NCBI GenBank assembly: GCA_964508365.1
Contig: CAZDTP010000003.1
Coordinates: 27,559 to 91,558 of the forward strand
Reading direction: 5' to 3'
Length of the DNA stretch: 64,000 nt
From: an uncultured archaeon
GTDB lineage: Archaea; Asgardarchaeota; Lokiarchaeia; Sigyniarchaeales; SOKP01
A model generated the notes under the pieces. It made no database searches. It was not told the origin of the DNA and worked only from the letters and a program-made list of their open reading frames with translations. Below, in pieces: positions 54,525 through 63,993 of this stretch. Every line of letters begins with the position of its first letter. Position 1 is the stretch's first letter. Position numbers and translations under genes: made by a program.

Positions 54525-55394
54525 TTAAATTGTTGAAAAACTCCTTGTTTTCCTAACGGGAATATCAAACTTTTCAAGTAAAGGAATCAAGTGTTCTTTG
54601 TCTTTAGAATTAGTACCCTTCCAATCTACTATGAAGTAATCAATTTCTTCTAATGTGTTGTTGATCATCATTTTAATTAGGTTCTCGTTCAATACTTGGA
54701 CATAATACTTCGGACAAATAAATGAAAGTGCAATGTTATTATTGGTTATTAACCTATTAAAATTAGGAGCGTAGTGAGTACCACCGAACCCTAAACCAAC
54801 TTTTTGATTTTTCTCCTTTTTAAAAATCAGATATTTAAAAATAGAATTAACAATAGCATTCGCTACGAGTTGACCTGCTTCTTTAATTACCCATTCTTGC
54901 TTACTACTACCTAATTCTATAAAAATTAAAGGTATTTCTAAATTCGTCGGTCCATGATGAGTTACTTCAATATCTAAGGAGAAACCAGTAAAATTTTCTA
55001 TTACTATTTGTTCTCTTAAAGATTCAAAGTTGGCTTTATGAATTAAAGCACTCGTTTTTGATAACATTTGAGGTATTCCTCCAAAATCATTATTTCTACC
55101 CCAGTTCCCGGTTGTGTGAACCAAAAATGCGGGTCGCGCTGTTTTTGATGTATGCCTGCTTGCAAATAATAGGAGATCCGGTTTGATTTTTGATTTATCA
55201 AAATTTAAATTTTCCAAGAAAATCAATGGTTTTTCTGTTAAACCTAAATAAATTTGGTTGGTATTAAGAAGATTATTCAGATTACTCTGAGATATTACTT
55301 TTTTTAAATAAAATACCGGATTCTCATCCCATCTTGCATTTACCTCTTTAAAGGAATAGGAGTTAGAATTTAACAAATTTTCTCTCATATTCAT
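54525..55394 (-). CDS. dtdA: D-aminoacyl-tRNA deacylase, archaeal DTD2 type
   Basis: FASRHTSKTARPAFLVHTTGNWG...FGGIP ... DIEVTHHGPTNLEIPLIFIELGSSKQEW matches the tRNA_deacylase (DTD2) family blocks. Confidence 0.8.
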   Translation of the reverse strand: MNMRENLLNSNSYSFKEVNARWDENPVFYLKKVISQSNLNNLLNTNQIYLGLTEKPLIFLENLNFDKSKIKPDLLLFASRHTSKTARPAFLVHTTGNWGRNNDFGGIPQMLSKTSALIHKANFESLREQIVIENFTGFSLDIEVTHHGPTNLEIPLIFIELGSSKQEWVIKEAGQLVANAIVNSIFKYLIFKKEKNQKVGLGFGGTHYAPNFNRLITNNNIALSFICPKYYVQVLNENLIKMMINNTLEEIDYFIVDWKGTNSKDKEHLIPLLEKFDIPVRKTRSFSTI

Positions 55395-55608
55395 AGATGC
55401 TGTGTCTTCTTTTGAAGTAATAATAAAGAATTGAATTAGGACTCACCTCTGAAAGAATTCGTAGTAATTATAAACATTATCATTATAAAATTCAAGTAAA
55501 AATGACTTAAATATTTATGATCTTAATTCTTTTATTCGTTCAGAATGTAATATTAACCCAGATTTAATACTAAAAACCTTTTAAATAAAAATCGTATTAA
55601 AACATTTA

Positions 55609-56574
55609 ATGTCAATTGATTTTGTATTTGTAGCTGCCATTTCATTAATTTTTGGTACTTTGTTCTTCATAATTGATTTTTATCAACGTACCCATCCTAA
55701 AATCAATATTTCCTTAATTGCAGGTATCTCTATCTCTTATTTCTTCTTAGTACTCCTTCCAGAAATTGCTGAAAATATTCCCGTATTCCCATTTGAACTC
55801 ACAATTTTTGAGTATTTATTTGTGTTAATTGGTTTTATATTTGTTCACACTTCTGAAAAATTAATTTTACAAAAGGTAGAGTCTAAGTCGCAAAAGAGAA
55901 TGCGTAAATTAATTGAAAAAGAAAGAATTTTGGAAAGTGTTGAAGAAAATATCGAGAACATATTAACTAAAGAATTAGAAAAAGAGGATTTAGACGATAT
56001 AGCTCTGAAGGATTTAGCCCAAACATTAGTTGATTTAAAAAAAAAAGGTGGAGAGTTCATAGAGAAAATAAATCGCTATAAGGCTAAGATTCAAACACAC
56101 ATCAACGAAGATTTAAGCAATCTTCGTTTTTTCACTAATTTTTCATATCATCTTCTTGTAGGGATTATTGTTGTAGGGTTATTAACTATTGATTTAGTTG
56201 GAGGGATATTATTTTTCCTTTTCGCCTGGTTTAGAGCAGTTATAACAAACAGATCAGAAAGCCATATCGTATTTACTGATCTGGAAATCTATGAAACATA
56301 CGATATTGAAGATAATTTGGCCAGAAAATATGTTCTAGCTCTTTCAAATTTTTTAGGAGTTTTATTTGGATTATTTTTAGATTTAATAGGTTTTGAATAC
56401 TCTGAGTTATTCTATGTTTTTTATTCTTTTATATCAGGAGTTATTCTGTATACTATTGTAAGGGAAGTTCTACCCGAAAAAGAAAAAGGAAATCCATTAT
56501 TTTTTCTCATTGGATTCTTTGGATTTACACTTGTAATCTTTATTATAAATATCTTCACAAGTATAATTTATTAA
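55609..56574 (+). CDS. polytopic membrane protein with central charged coiled-coil loop
   Basis: Three N-terminal and four to five C-terminal hydrophobic helices flank a ~90-aa K/E-rich segment. No transporter signature recognised. Confidence 0.45.
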   Translation: MSIDFVFVAAISLIFGTLFFIIDFYQRTHPKINISLIAGISISYFFLVLLPEIAENIPVFPFELTIFEYLFVLIGFIFVHTSEKLILQKVESKSQKRMRKLIEKERILESVEENIENILTKELEKEDLDDIALKDLAQTLVDLKKKGGEFIEKINRYKAKIQTHINEDLSNLRFFTNFSYHLLVGIIVVGLLTIDLVGGILFFLFAWFRAVITNRSESHIVFTDLEIYETYDIEDNLARKYVLALSNFLGVLFGLFLDLIGFEYSELFYVFYSFISGVILYTIVREVLPEKEKGNPLFFLIGFFGFTLVIFIINIFTSIIY

Positions 56575-56794
56575 GAAAAAACCTCATATTAATCCCTCTT
56601 ATTAAAAATAAATAGTATGGAACCCGTTTTTTATAATTAAAAAATAAATTGGATTTGTTCCTTATTTTTTGTAATTATTACATTATAAAATTTTAAAACT
56701 ATTAAATATAAATTTATATTATCATTTAGTTATGAACTATTTGGTAATGTGTATATAAAAAAAATAATAAAAAAGATTAAATTTAAGGAGCGAA

Positions 56795-57373
56795 ATGATG
56801 ATTAAAAAGACCTTTAAGGAAATTTTAGGTATTGATGATGACGATTATAAGATCATTGAGATGATGGAAAAAAATCCATCCGTAACGCACAGTGACATAG
56901 CACGTGAAATCGATAAGTCTCAGCCGGCAGTAGGGGCAAGAATTATTAAATTAGAACGAAAACATTTACTTACAAAACAGGTTGGATTTAATATAAAAAA
57001 AGTTGATATTAAAGTTGCGATTGTTTTCGTGTCAACCAAAGATGTAGAAGTAATAGTAAAAAAAATAGAAAAGTGTCCTTTCATTAATCATGCATTCAAG
57101 ATTTCTGGGGAATTTAATCTTTTGTGCTTTGTTGCTGCTTCAGATCTTCAAACAATTGAGAAATTAGTAGATTTATGTTTTAGAAAAGATTCGAATGTAA
57201 TTAACGTAAAAACTAACATACTTATTGATTCCGTTCATGATTTCATCGTGCCCATTGATTTCCAAATCGAAAAGTTTGATTTTCTTTCAAATGTATGTGG
57301 TCCTGATTGTAATTTGAACGTAAATCTACCTAAGTATAAATTTGATACTGCTCAAGAAGAGGAAGAAGAATAG
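56795..57373 (+). CDS. Lrp/AsnC-type wHTH regulator with Cys-containing C-terminal domain (paralog A)
   Basis: DDDDYKIIEMMEKNPSVTHSDIAREIDKSQPAVGARIIKLERKHLL is an AsnC-type HTH. It shares CPF, PIDF and CGxxC blocks with the convergent neighbour. Confidence 0.6.
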   Translation: MMIKKTFKEILGIDDDDYKIIEMMEKNPSVTHSDIAREIDKSQPAVGARIIKLERKHLLTKQVGFNIKKVDIKVAIVFVSTKDVEVIVKKIEKCPFINHAFKISGEFNLLCFVAASDLQTIEKLVDLCFRKDSNVINVKTNILIDSVHDFIVPIDFQIEKFDFLSNVCGPDCNLNVNLPKYKFDTAQEEEEE

Positions 57374-57386
57374 AAAAAGGAAGTAT

Positions 57387-57944
57387 TTACTCTAATTTAC
57401 TAGTTAATCCTTTCAGTTGAGCAATTTTGTATCTACATTTCTCCCCACAACCTTCTTCTAAAGTAGGATTATGTTCTTCGCTTGTGAAATCTATGGGTAA
57501 TATAAAGTCCTTAGCAATTTCTGTTATCATATTCATCGAGACTGAAGTTACTTCAGGATCGCTTCTAAAGTGGTAATTTACTATGTTATCCAGTTTGGTA
57601 ATATTAGAACTTGCGAGTAGAATACATATATTATGGGAACCACTTAATCTAAATGCGTTCAACATGAATGGACAGAACCTAGCCATATCAAGAATCTCAT
57701 TTGGGTGTTTTGTATTCAGTTCCACAGTTGCTAAGAAGAGATCTACCTTTTTAAAATTAATACCGGGTTGGAATTGTAGTATTCCTTCTTTTTCAAGCTT
57801 CTTTATTCTCATCCCAACAGTTGGCTGAGATCTATTAATTTTTTCCGCAATTTGAGTATGAGTTAAGTTTGGATCTTCTTGTACTAATGTAATGATACGG
57901 CGATCGATATCATCAAGTTTTAATTTGTCTGAAATCATATCCAT
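57387..57944 (-). CDS. Lrp/AsnC-type wHTH regulator with Cys-containing C-terminal domain (paralog B)
   Basis: DDIDRRIITLVQEDPNLTHTQIAEKINRSQPTVGMRIKKLEKEGIL. It shares the CPFMLNAFRLSG, DFILPIDF and CGEKC blocks. Confidence 0.65.
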   Translation of the reverse strand: MDMISDKLKLDDIDRRIITLVQEDPNLTHTQIAEKINRSQPTVGMRIKKLEKEGILQFQPGINFKKVDLFLATVELNTKHPNEILDMARFCPFMLNAFRLSGSHNICILLASSNITKLDNIVNYHFRSDPEVTSVSMNMITEIAKDFILPIDFTSEEHNPTLEEGCGEKCRYKIAQLKGLTSKLE

Positions 57945-58101
57945 TAATCAATTAAAATTTTAGTTCTTTTATCTAGATAATGACTTTTCACATTAAAAAG
58001 ATACTTATATTTTATAAATTTTGAAAAAATTGTACAAGATTAAAATGCGTATTACATTAATGGGCTAAGATGTGTTTAGACAAAAACTTACCTACTTAAT
58101 C

Positions 58102-58341
58102 TCAATCAATGGTTAAAGCCCTCAACTTGCACGCAGTTGTACAAATATGACATTTTACGCAATGATCTTCTCGATCTTCTACAACAATGCTCCTAGGTTC
58201 AGATTCTTTATTTATAACTTTATAGATTCCTCTGAAACACGCATCTTCACAAAAAAAGCCTTCACATATCTTGCATTTATTTACATCAATATGGTGAAAC
58301 TTGTAATTAACGATATTGGTTTGTTCGGGTGCATCGCTCAT
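58102..58341 (-). CDS. 2x[4Fe-4S]-type ferredoxin
   Basis: Two cluster motifs are present: CKICEGFFCEDAC and CVKCHICTTAC. 79 aa. Confidence 0.8.
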   Translation of the reverse strand: MSDAPEQTNIVNYKFHHIDVNKCKICEGFFCEDACFRGIYKVINKESEPRSIVVEDREDHCVKCHICTTACKLRALTID

Positions 58342-58443
58342 TATTTTAGTTAAAATGCAACTCCTTTTATCTCTATAGTTTATATAATATAATGGAATTT
58401 ATTAAAATCAATTTAAATTATTTTTAATTAAATTAATTTTATT

Positions 58444-59127
58444 GTGAGTAGTTTTGGAATGCGTAACGCTAAGATTCCCCTCTTTGAAATCCCAAATCTC
58501 AAAAAAGGTACATTTTTACGGCGCCCTAATCGATTTGTAAGTGAAATTGAATACAAGCATCAAATAAATACTGCTCACATTCATGATCCTGGAAGACTAA
58601 AAGAGTTATTAATCCAAGGAAAAGAAGTCCTTTTCACCGAATCTCGTGGGAAACTAGATTATTATATTAAAGCAGTAAAAATTCAAGATGATTGGATCTT
58701 AATTGACACTGCACTTCATTCTAAAATTGCTTTAAAAGTTTTTCCATGCATTAGTGAATTTTCAAATGTGAGGGAGATAAGGAAAGAAGTTAAAATTGGA
58801 AAGAGTCGAATAGACTTTGTATTAGATGGAGTTCCTTTAGAAGTAAAGGGAGTGACACTTGTCAAAGATAATTTAGCTTTATTTCCCGACGCGCCTACAG
58901 AGAGAGGGACTAGGCACGTACAAGAAATTATTGACAATCATGGTATGCTTTTATTTTTAGTATTTCGTAAGGCGTCTAAGTTTAAGCCTAATTTCATTAT
59001 GGACCCACAATTTTCGAATAAATTATCTGAAGCTAGAAAAAAAGGTGTAAAAATTTTTGTTATACAGCTTAGTTTTGATGGAAAAATAATATATTACAAC
59101 GGTAGTATTCCTTTAGCAGATTTTTAG
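58444..59127 (+). CDS. sfsA: SfsA-family (sugar fermentation stimulation / nuclease-fold) protein
   Basis: GTFLRRPNRFVSEIEY...AHIHDPGRLKELL...RIDFVL...LEVKGVTL are SfsA family blocks. GTG start. Confidence 0.85.
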   Translation: MSSFGMRNAKIPLFEIPNLKKGTFLRRPNRFVSEIEYKHQINTAHIHDPGRLKELLIQGKEVLFTESRGKLDYYIKAVKIQDDWILIDTALHSKIALKVFPCISEFSNVREIRKEVKIGKSRIDFVLDGVPLEVKGVTLVKDNLALFPDAPTERGTRHVQEIIDNHGMLLFLVFRKASKFKPNFIMDPQFSNKLSEARKKGVKIFVIQLSFDGKIIYYNGSIPLADF

Positions 59128-59297
59128 GTTGCTATTCTATCCGATTTATAAAATAAAAAAACACACAAATAACAAGCTGTTTTTTAATAGCAAACCTAAA
59201 AGAAATCTTGTATTTCATTAAACAGACTTTTAAATTGTCTAAATTAGATTTAAAGAAATAAAGTTAAACCTAAATAAATTCAACAAGGAGAAATAAA

Positions 59298-59606
59298 ATG
59301 TCAGAAGTAAAAGAAAAATATGTAACATCTCCGGAAATTTGTGCATGGGCTGATGATGAACACGACAGTTACCACTTTGAAATTACAATGCCTGGTGTTG
59401 AAAAAGACACGATCAAACTCAAAATCCACGAGGATTCATTTCTCGTGAAGGGTGAAACAGACGGTACAATCTATGTAGGCTCTTATGCTATTTGTTGTCC
59501 TGTTAAGGCTAAAGAATCAAAAGCTACTTATAAAAATGGAATATTAAAAGTCGATGTACCATTTAAAGATCCAATGGAAGATGCCATTGAGGTTAATATC
59601 GAATAA
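59298..59606 (+). CDS. small heat-shock protein (Hsp20/alpha-crystallin domain)
   Basis: YHFEITMPGVEKDTIKLKIHEDSFLVKGE ... ATYKNGILKVDVP forms the alpha-crystallin core. Confidence 0.85.
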   Translation: MSEVKEKYVTSPEICAWADDEHDSYHFEITMPGVEKDTIKLKIHEDSFLVKGETDGTIYVGSYAICCPVKAKESKATYKNGILKVDVPFKDPMEDAIEVNIE

Positions 59607-59712
59607 ATTTCTTTTTTTTCCTACTTTTTTGGATTTAAAATGAGTTAACTGATTAAGGATTTAAAATCTAAGTTATTTTAGATTATTGAAAATAGTTTGA
59701 ATTTGGTTAATG

Positions 59713-60009
59713 TCATTTTTTCTTCTTCTTTTTACGTTTTTTATCCCGTTTTTCCGGCTCTGGAGTGATATCAACGTCAACTTCTGCGATAATGAACGCC
59801 AGTAGAATAGGTCCCGCGTTAGAATAGCGGGGATCAGAAAAAGCACTAAATTTAATATCTTTTAATTTAAAGTTCTTATCGCTTTGTTTTAAGATCATTA
59901 GGTTTTTATTAACCTTTTGAGTAAATTCTGATGGATCTTCGAACGTCCCTCCGACGGCAAAAACTTGATCCATTCTTATAATTTGGTGAATTGGAGTTTC
60001 TTCTTCCAT
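59713..60009 (-). CDS. hypothetical protein with poly-lysine C-terminal tail
   Basis: 98-aa ORF ending PEPEKRDKKRKKKKKK. The N-terminal ~80 aa look globular. Confidence 0.4.
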   Translation of the reverse strand: MEEETPIHQIIRMDQVFAVGGTFEDPSEFTQKVNKNLMILKQSDKNFKLKDIKFSAFSDPRYSNAGPILLAFIIAEVDVDITPEPEKRDKKRKKKKKK

Positions 60010-60124
60010 ATTTTTTTACCGATTATTTACTTCTTTTAATAAAAATTAAAATTCTTTGTTTTATAATTATTAGCCTTTTTTCACAATATTCAAAAAATAA
60101 CCAATTAAGTGAATCCTAACCAAG

Positions 60125-61069
60125 CTAATATTCTATATTCATTTCTTTAATAAAATCGAAGGCTGAATATGCCGCTATAACGCCTTCTGATACTCCAGTA
60201 ATCGCCTGCTTAAATGGTGCGTCTGCGACATCGCCAGCTGCGAATACACCCGGTATATTTGTTTCCGACTTTCTATTGATAATAATTTCATCCTTTTCAT
60301 TCGTTCTTATGCCTATATGTTTTGCAAGATCTGAGTTAGGTATAGACCCTACTTCGATAAAAACACCATCTATTTCAAATTCTTTGCCATTATCGAAAAT
60401 TACTGATTTTACCGTATTATCTCCTTTAATTTCTGTGACATTGGTTTTATATATGATTTCAATTTTTTGATTCTCCTCTACTCTTTTCTTATTAATTGGT
60501 TCTGCCCGTATTTCTTCCCCCCGATATATTATATAAACCTTTTTTACATTTTGAGATAAAAATAACGCTTCCTTGGCTGCAGAATCACTTCCGCCAATCA
60601 CACATACCGTTTTATCTTTGTAAAATGGACCGTCACATGTAGCGCAATAAGAAACACCCCTTCCAGCAAATTCCAGTTCTCCTGGGATTCCTAACTTCTT
60701 CCTTTCAGATCCTGTGGCGATAACCACACTCTTCGCTTTAAATTTTTGAAAAAACGAATACAGAATGAAGTGATCACTTGCTTGCTCTATATTTCTAATT
60801 TCGTCTGTTATGTAAGGAATACATAAAGAATTCATGTGTTCTTTAAACATTTCCATTAAACCTTGACCACTCGTAGAGGTGACTCCAGGATAATTTTCTA
60901 CAAGATGAGTTGTGGCAATCAAACCTCCGAAAATTTTCCCTATGACTAAAACATCCAATGCAAATCGAGCAGCATAGATTGCGCAACCTATCGCAGTTGG
61001 TCCACCACCTAAAACAATAAGATCGTACCTCTTTTCTAGATCAATGTCTTCCATATCAATATTATACAT
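60125..61069 (-). CDS. trxB: thioredoxin reductase (low-Mr type)
   Basis: LIVLGGGPTAIGCAIYAAR is the FAD GxGxxG, CATCDG the redox-active site, and VIGGSDSAAKEALFL the NAD(P)H fold. GVFAAGDV is also present. Confidence 0.9.
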   Translation of the reverse strand: MYNIDMEDIDLEKRYDLIVLGGGPTAIGCAIYAARFALDVLVIGKIFGGLIATTHLVENYPGVTSTSGQGLMEMFKEHMNSLCIPYITDEIRNIEQASDHFILYSFFQKFKAKSVVIATGSERKKLGIPGELEFAGRGVSYCATCDGPFYKDKTVCVIGGSDSAAKEALFLSQNVKKVYIIYRGEEIRAEPINKKRVEENQKIEIIYKTNVTEIKGDNTVKSVIFDNGKEFEIDGVFIEVGSIPNSDLAKHIGIRTNEKDEIIINRKSETNIPGVFAAGDVADAPFKQAITGVSEGVIAAYSAFDFIKEMNIEY

Positions 61070-61139
61070 TCTTAAATCCTTCTTTTATGTAATATCTAAT
61101 AACTAATTGTAAGGTATTGATTTTTAAATGTAATTTAAT

Positions 61140-61823
61140 TTAGTATTGTACTTTAATGTTTCCTCCGATAAGTGCTCCTAGTATTTCATTCGCCCCAACC
61201 ATACCAACTAAAGTTTTCTTATCGTTTATAATCGTATAAGGCACTCCCGAAGCATCATAGAATTGTCCAATATCTGGATTCGCCAGAATATCAACGATCA
61301 CGGTTCTAATCTTTCCTTCAGATGCAAGTGCAAATTGAGAGGCTGTAGATACAACACTAGGACAATATGGGCACATCTCTGTTATCATTACTTTGATAGT
61401 TGATGGTTGAATACGATCAAGATTTTGTTTTATTGTTGCTTCGTAATAATTCGGCGCTCCCGCAAATGTAAATAATGATTGAACAAACGGTTGGATTTCG
61501 CCACCTCTTGGTGCTGCTAAATAGCGTATTATTTCTCTTCCGTCGTCATTAATAAATAAAATGGTTGGTACCCGCTGAATATCATAACTCTTTACGAATT
61601 CGGGATTATTATCTATTGATAGTTCTTCTATCGTTAACATCCCATTCGAGTTTTCTTCATAGATTCTTAAGAGTGCCATGAATTGCCCACAATCCATACA
61701 AGCTCTTATTTTACTCCCATCTGCTTCTGTTCTTTGCGATGTGAAAATCTTTAGCCTTGCAGGTTTAGTGAGTTTCGCCATCTCTTTTTTAATAATTTCC
61801 TTATATTTATCATCCTGAGACAA
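61140..61823 (-). CDS. protein-disulfide oxidoreductase (PDO/glutaredoxin-like, two thioredoxin folds), copy 1
   Basis: Two Trx units with CMDC and CPYC active sites. The size and layout match archaeal PDO (TIGR02187-type). Confidence 0.75.
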   Translation of the reverse strand: MSQDDKYKEIIKKEMAKLTKPARLKIFTSQRTEADGSKIRACMDCGQFMALLRIYEENSNGMLTIEELSIDNNPEFVKSYDIQRVPTILFINDDGREIIRYLAAPRGGEIQPFVQSLFTFAGAPNYYEATIKQNLDRIQPSTIKVMITEMCPYCPSVVSTASQFALASEGKIRTVIVDILANPDIGQFYDASGVPYTIINDKKTLVGMVGANEILGALIGGNIKVQY

Positions 61824-61849
61824 ATTTAAAACACCTCTTAGTATACAGA

Positions 61850-62542
61850 TTATGCGTACATTCCTCCAAAATCTCTTTGACCTTTTGTTAATTTATCTAA
61901 CAAATCTTGTGGAGTAAACATCCCAACAATTCTTTCACTCTCGTTTACGACTGTTAGTGGAACACCTTGAACATCATACTTTTTTGCGATGTCAGGATTT
62001 AAGCTAACATCGATAACTTCTGCTGTAATCTTCCCTTTAGAAACTATAGCAAATAATGTTAAAACTGGAACGGTCGCAGGACAATAAGGACAAGTTGGGG
62101 TTATAAAAATCTTCATCTCTGATTTATCGATTTTTTTGAGATGAGTAAGGATTTGATCAGCATAATAAGGTCTTATGCCTGAAAAATATTGAATTGAATT
62201 TAGAAAGGGTACAAATTCAGAACCGGTGGGGTGTGCTGAGTATCGGATAATTTCCTTACCGTCATCAGTAACGAATAAAATCGCCGGAATTCGGGTAACA
62301 TTGTATTTTTTTGCTTCTTCTGGATTTTCTTCAATAGATATCTCTTCGACACCCAACTTCCCGTTTGATAGTTCCTCAAGCGTTTTTAATAAATTATAAG
62401 CACCCTCACATGCCATACACACCCTAATTCTTGAGCCGTCTTCTTGAGTTTTAAAATCGGTAAACAATTTCAACACCACTTTGTCTTTTAATTTATTCAT
62501 TTCTCTCTTAACATTATCAAGTTCATTTTGGGAAAATAACAT
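61850..62542 (-). CDS. protein-disulfide oxidoreductase (PDO/glutaredoxin-like), copy 2
   Basis: Tandem paralog of 61140-61823 with CMAC and CPYC sites. It shares blocks such as DGSRIR.CM.C and V.GVP.T..N. Confidence 0.75.
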   Translation of the reverse strand: MLFSQNELDNVKREMNKLKDKVVLKLFTDFKTQEDGSRIRVCMACEGAYNLLKTLEELSNGKLGVEEISIEENPEEAKKYNVTRIPAILFVTDDGKEIIRYSAHPTGSEFVPFLNSIQYFSGIRPYYADQILTHLKKIDKSEMKIFITPTCPYCPATVPVLTLFAIVSKGKITAEVIDVSLNPDIAKKYDVQGVPLTVVNESERIVGMFTPQDLLDKLTKGQRDFGGMYA

Positions 62543-62594
62543 TATATCACCATTTAAATTTCATTCTATTGTGGATATTTTTATGTTTAACGAA

Positions 62595-63581
62595 TTAAGT
62601 ATTTTTTGTTAATAGTTCTTCTCTTCTACGACGGTAATACAGAATGGGATAATCACCCTGAATAAGTTTTTCACCCATTTTTAATTGAGTTTTAATTGGT
62701 TGTTGTGTTAAAACAACACATCTATCCTGATGGAGGATAATGAAATTAAATTTATTGGCTAGCCAATTAACAAATGATTTTAAAATGGGGATTCTTAGAA
62801 ATTTTTGATAGAATCTCATGTAAAACTTTGTATGTGTCTCATCTATCGGAACGAAAGCTATAAATATCCGAACATTATTCCCAAGGTAATTCTGCCATAT
62901 ATGTGGAAATTTAAACTGAAGATGGAAAAATTTCATTTCATCAGTAAATTCTTCAGGTTTTAAAGGTCTGGTCTTTCCATCATCCTTTTGGTTATAAACC
63001 CAAATTATAAACTCATTTCCGTCTTCGGAAGGCTCAACCAATGGTCCATGAACAAGTGTTTGATAACCTCGACCAATTGTATTATGATGGACATAAGGTA
63101 AATGAATTACATCCAATTGATTTTCTATTGCCCGAGAATAATGAACTGGCCATACTTCTGTATGAGTTTTATATGAGAATTTTTTATCAATATCTTGGAA
63201 AAAGGGTACTGGAGGATATTTCGGTTGATGTTCTCCCCACCATATCCATATAAAATCATGTTTTTCTTTAGTAGGATAAGCTATAACTTTAAAGCGCTCT
63301 GGCACCGGAGTGTTTTTGCCATTTGCAGGTATTATAGTACATTTTCCTGTCTCATCATACCTTAAACCATGGAATGGACATTCTACCTTTTCTCCATTAT
63401 CGCATATTTTTCCTATACTAAGCGCCGCACCTCGATGAGCACATTTATCTTTTAAACATATAACATCTCCATTTTTCTTACGCCAGAAAACTAACTTTTC
63501 TCCAAGCCTTGTAACTCCAATTAGTTTGCCTTTTGGAACTTCTTTAGATTCTAATACTGCATACCATTGATTCCTAATCAT
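62595..63581 (-). CDS. Rieske [2Fe-2S] non-heme-iron oxygenase, alpha-subunit-like
   Basis: Rieske motif CAHRGAALS...CPFHGLRY (CxH-x17-20-CxxH). The downstream mononuclear-iron motif NQLDVIHLPYVH (D-x2-H-x4-H) is present. Confidence 0.8.
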   Translation of the reverse strand: MIRNQWYAVLESKEVPKGKLIGVTRLGEKLVFWRKKNGDVICLKDKCAHRGAALSIGKICDNGEKVECPFHGLRYDETGKCTIIPANGKNTPVPERFKVIAYPTKEKHDFIWIWWGEHQPKYPPVPFFQDIDKKFSYKTHTEVWPVHYSRAIENQLDVIHLPYVHHNTIGRGYQTLVHGPLVEPSEDGNEFIIWVYNQKDDGKTRPLKPEEFTDEMKFFHLQFKFPHIWQNYLGNNVRIFIAFVPIDETHTKFYMRFYQKFLRIPILKSFVNWLANKFNFIILHQDRCVVLTQQPIKTQLKMGEKLIQGDYPILYYRRRREELLTKNT

Positions 63582-63810
63582 ATTTAATCGATAGCAAAAA
63601 TTTAACTGAATTTAAGATTTTGTGTTTAATAATTTATAAATTGATTTATTTAAATCCTCGATCTATTAAATTAGTAAACATATGTTTAAATATACTATTT
63701 TTAATTTTAACCAATATTTATTATCGGAGAAATTCTCTCGATAAAGTTAAGATAAATGAAATCGAAAAGGATTATTGCAAAATTCTATTTATGATTAATC
63801 AAATGTTTTC

Positions 63811-63993
63811 TTATTCTGTTAGTAACTCACACATACCTATGAGTTTGTATTTAGTTCTTTGCTTTTTCCCAAAGAATTTTAAAATCCAATACGCATCAGG
63901 GCAATAGGTGGTGATATAGGTATCGTTATCTGCAATTTCTGAATTATAATATTCATTATCCTTAAACTCTTTCATTCTCTTAGTCGCAATCAT
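63811..63993 (-). CDS. hypothetical protein, possibly 5'-truncated by the window edge
   Basis: The frame stays open upstream of the listed ATG to position 64000, so the real start may lie outside the window. No motif. Confidence 0.15.
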   Translation of the reverse strand: MIATKRMKEFKDNEYYNSEIADNDTYITTYCPDAYWILKFFGKKQRTKYKLIGMCELLTE

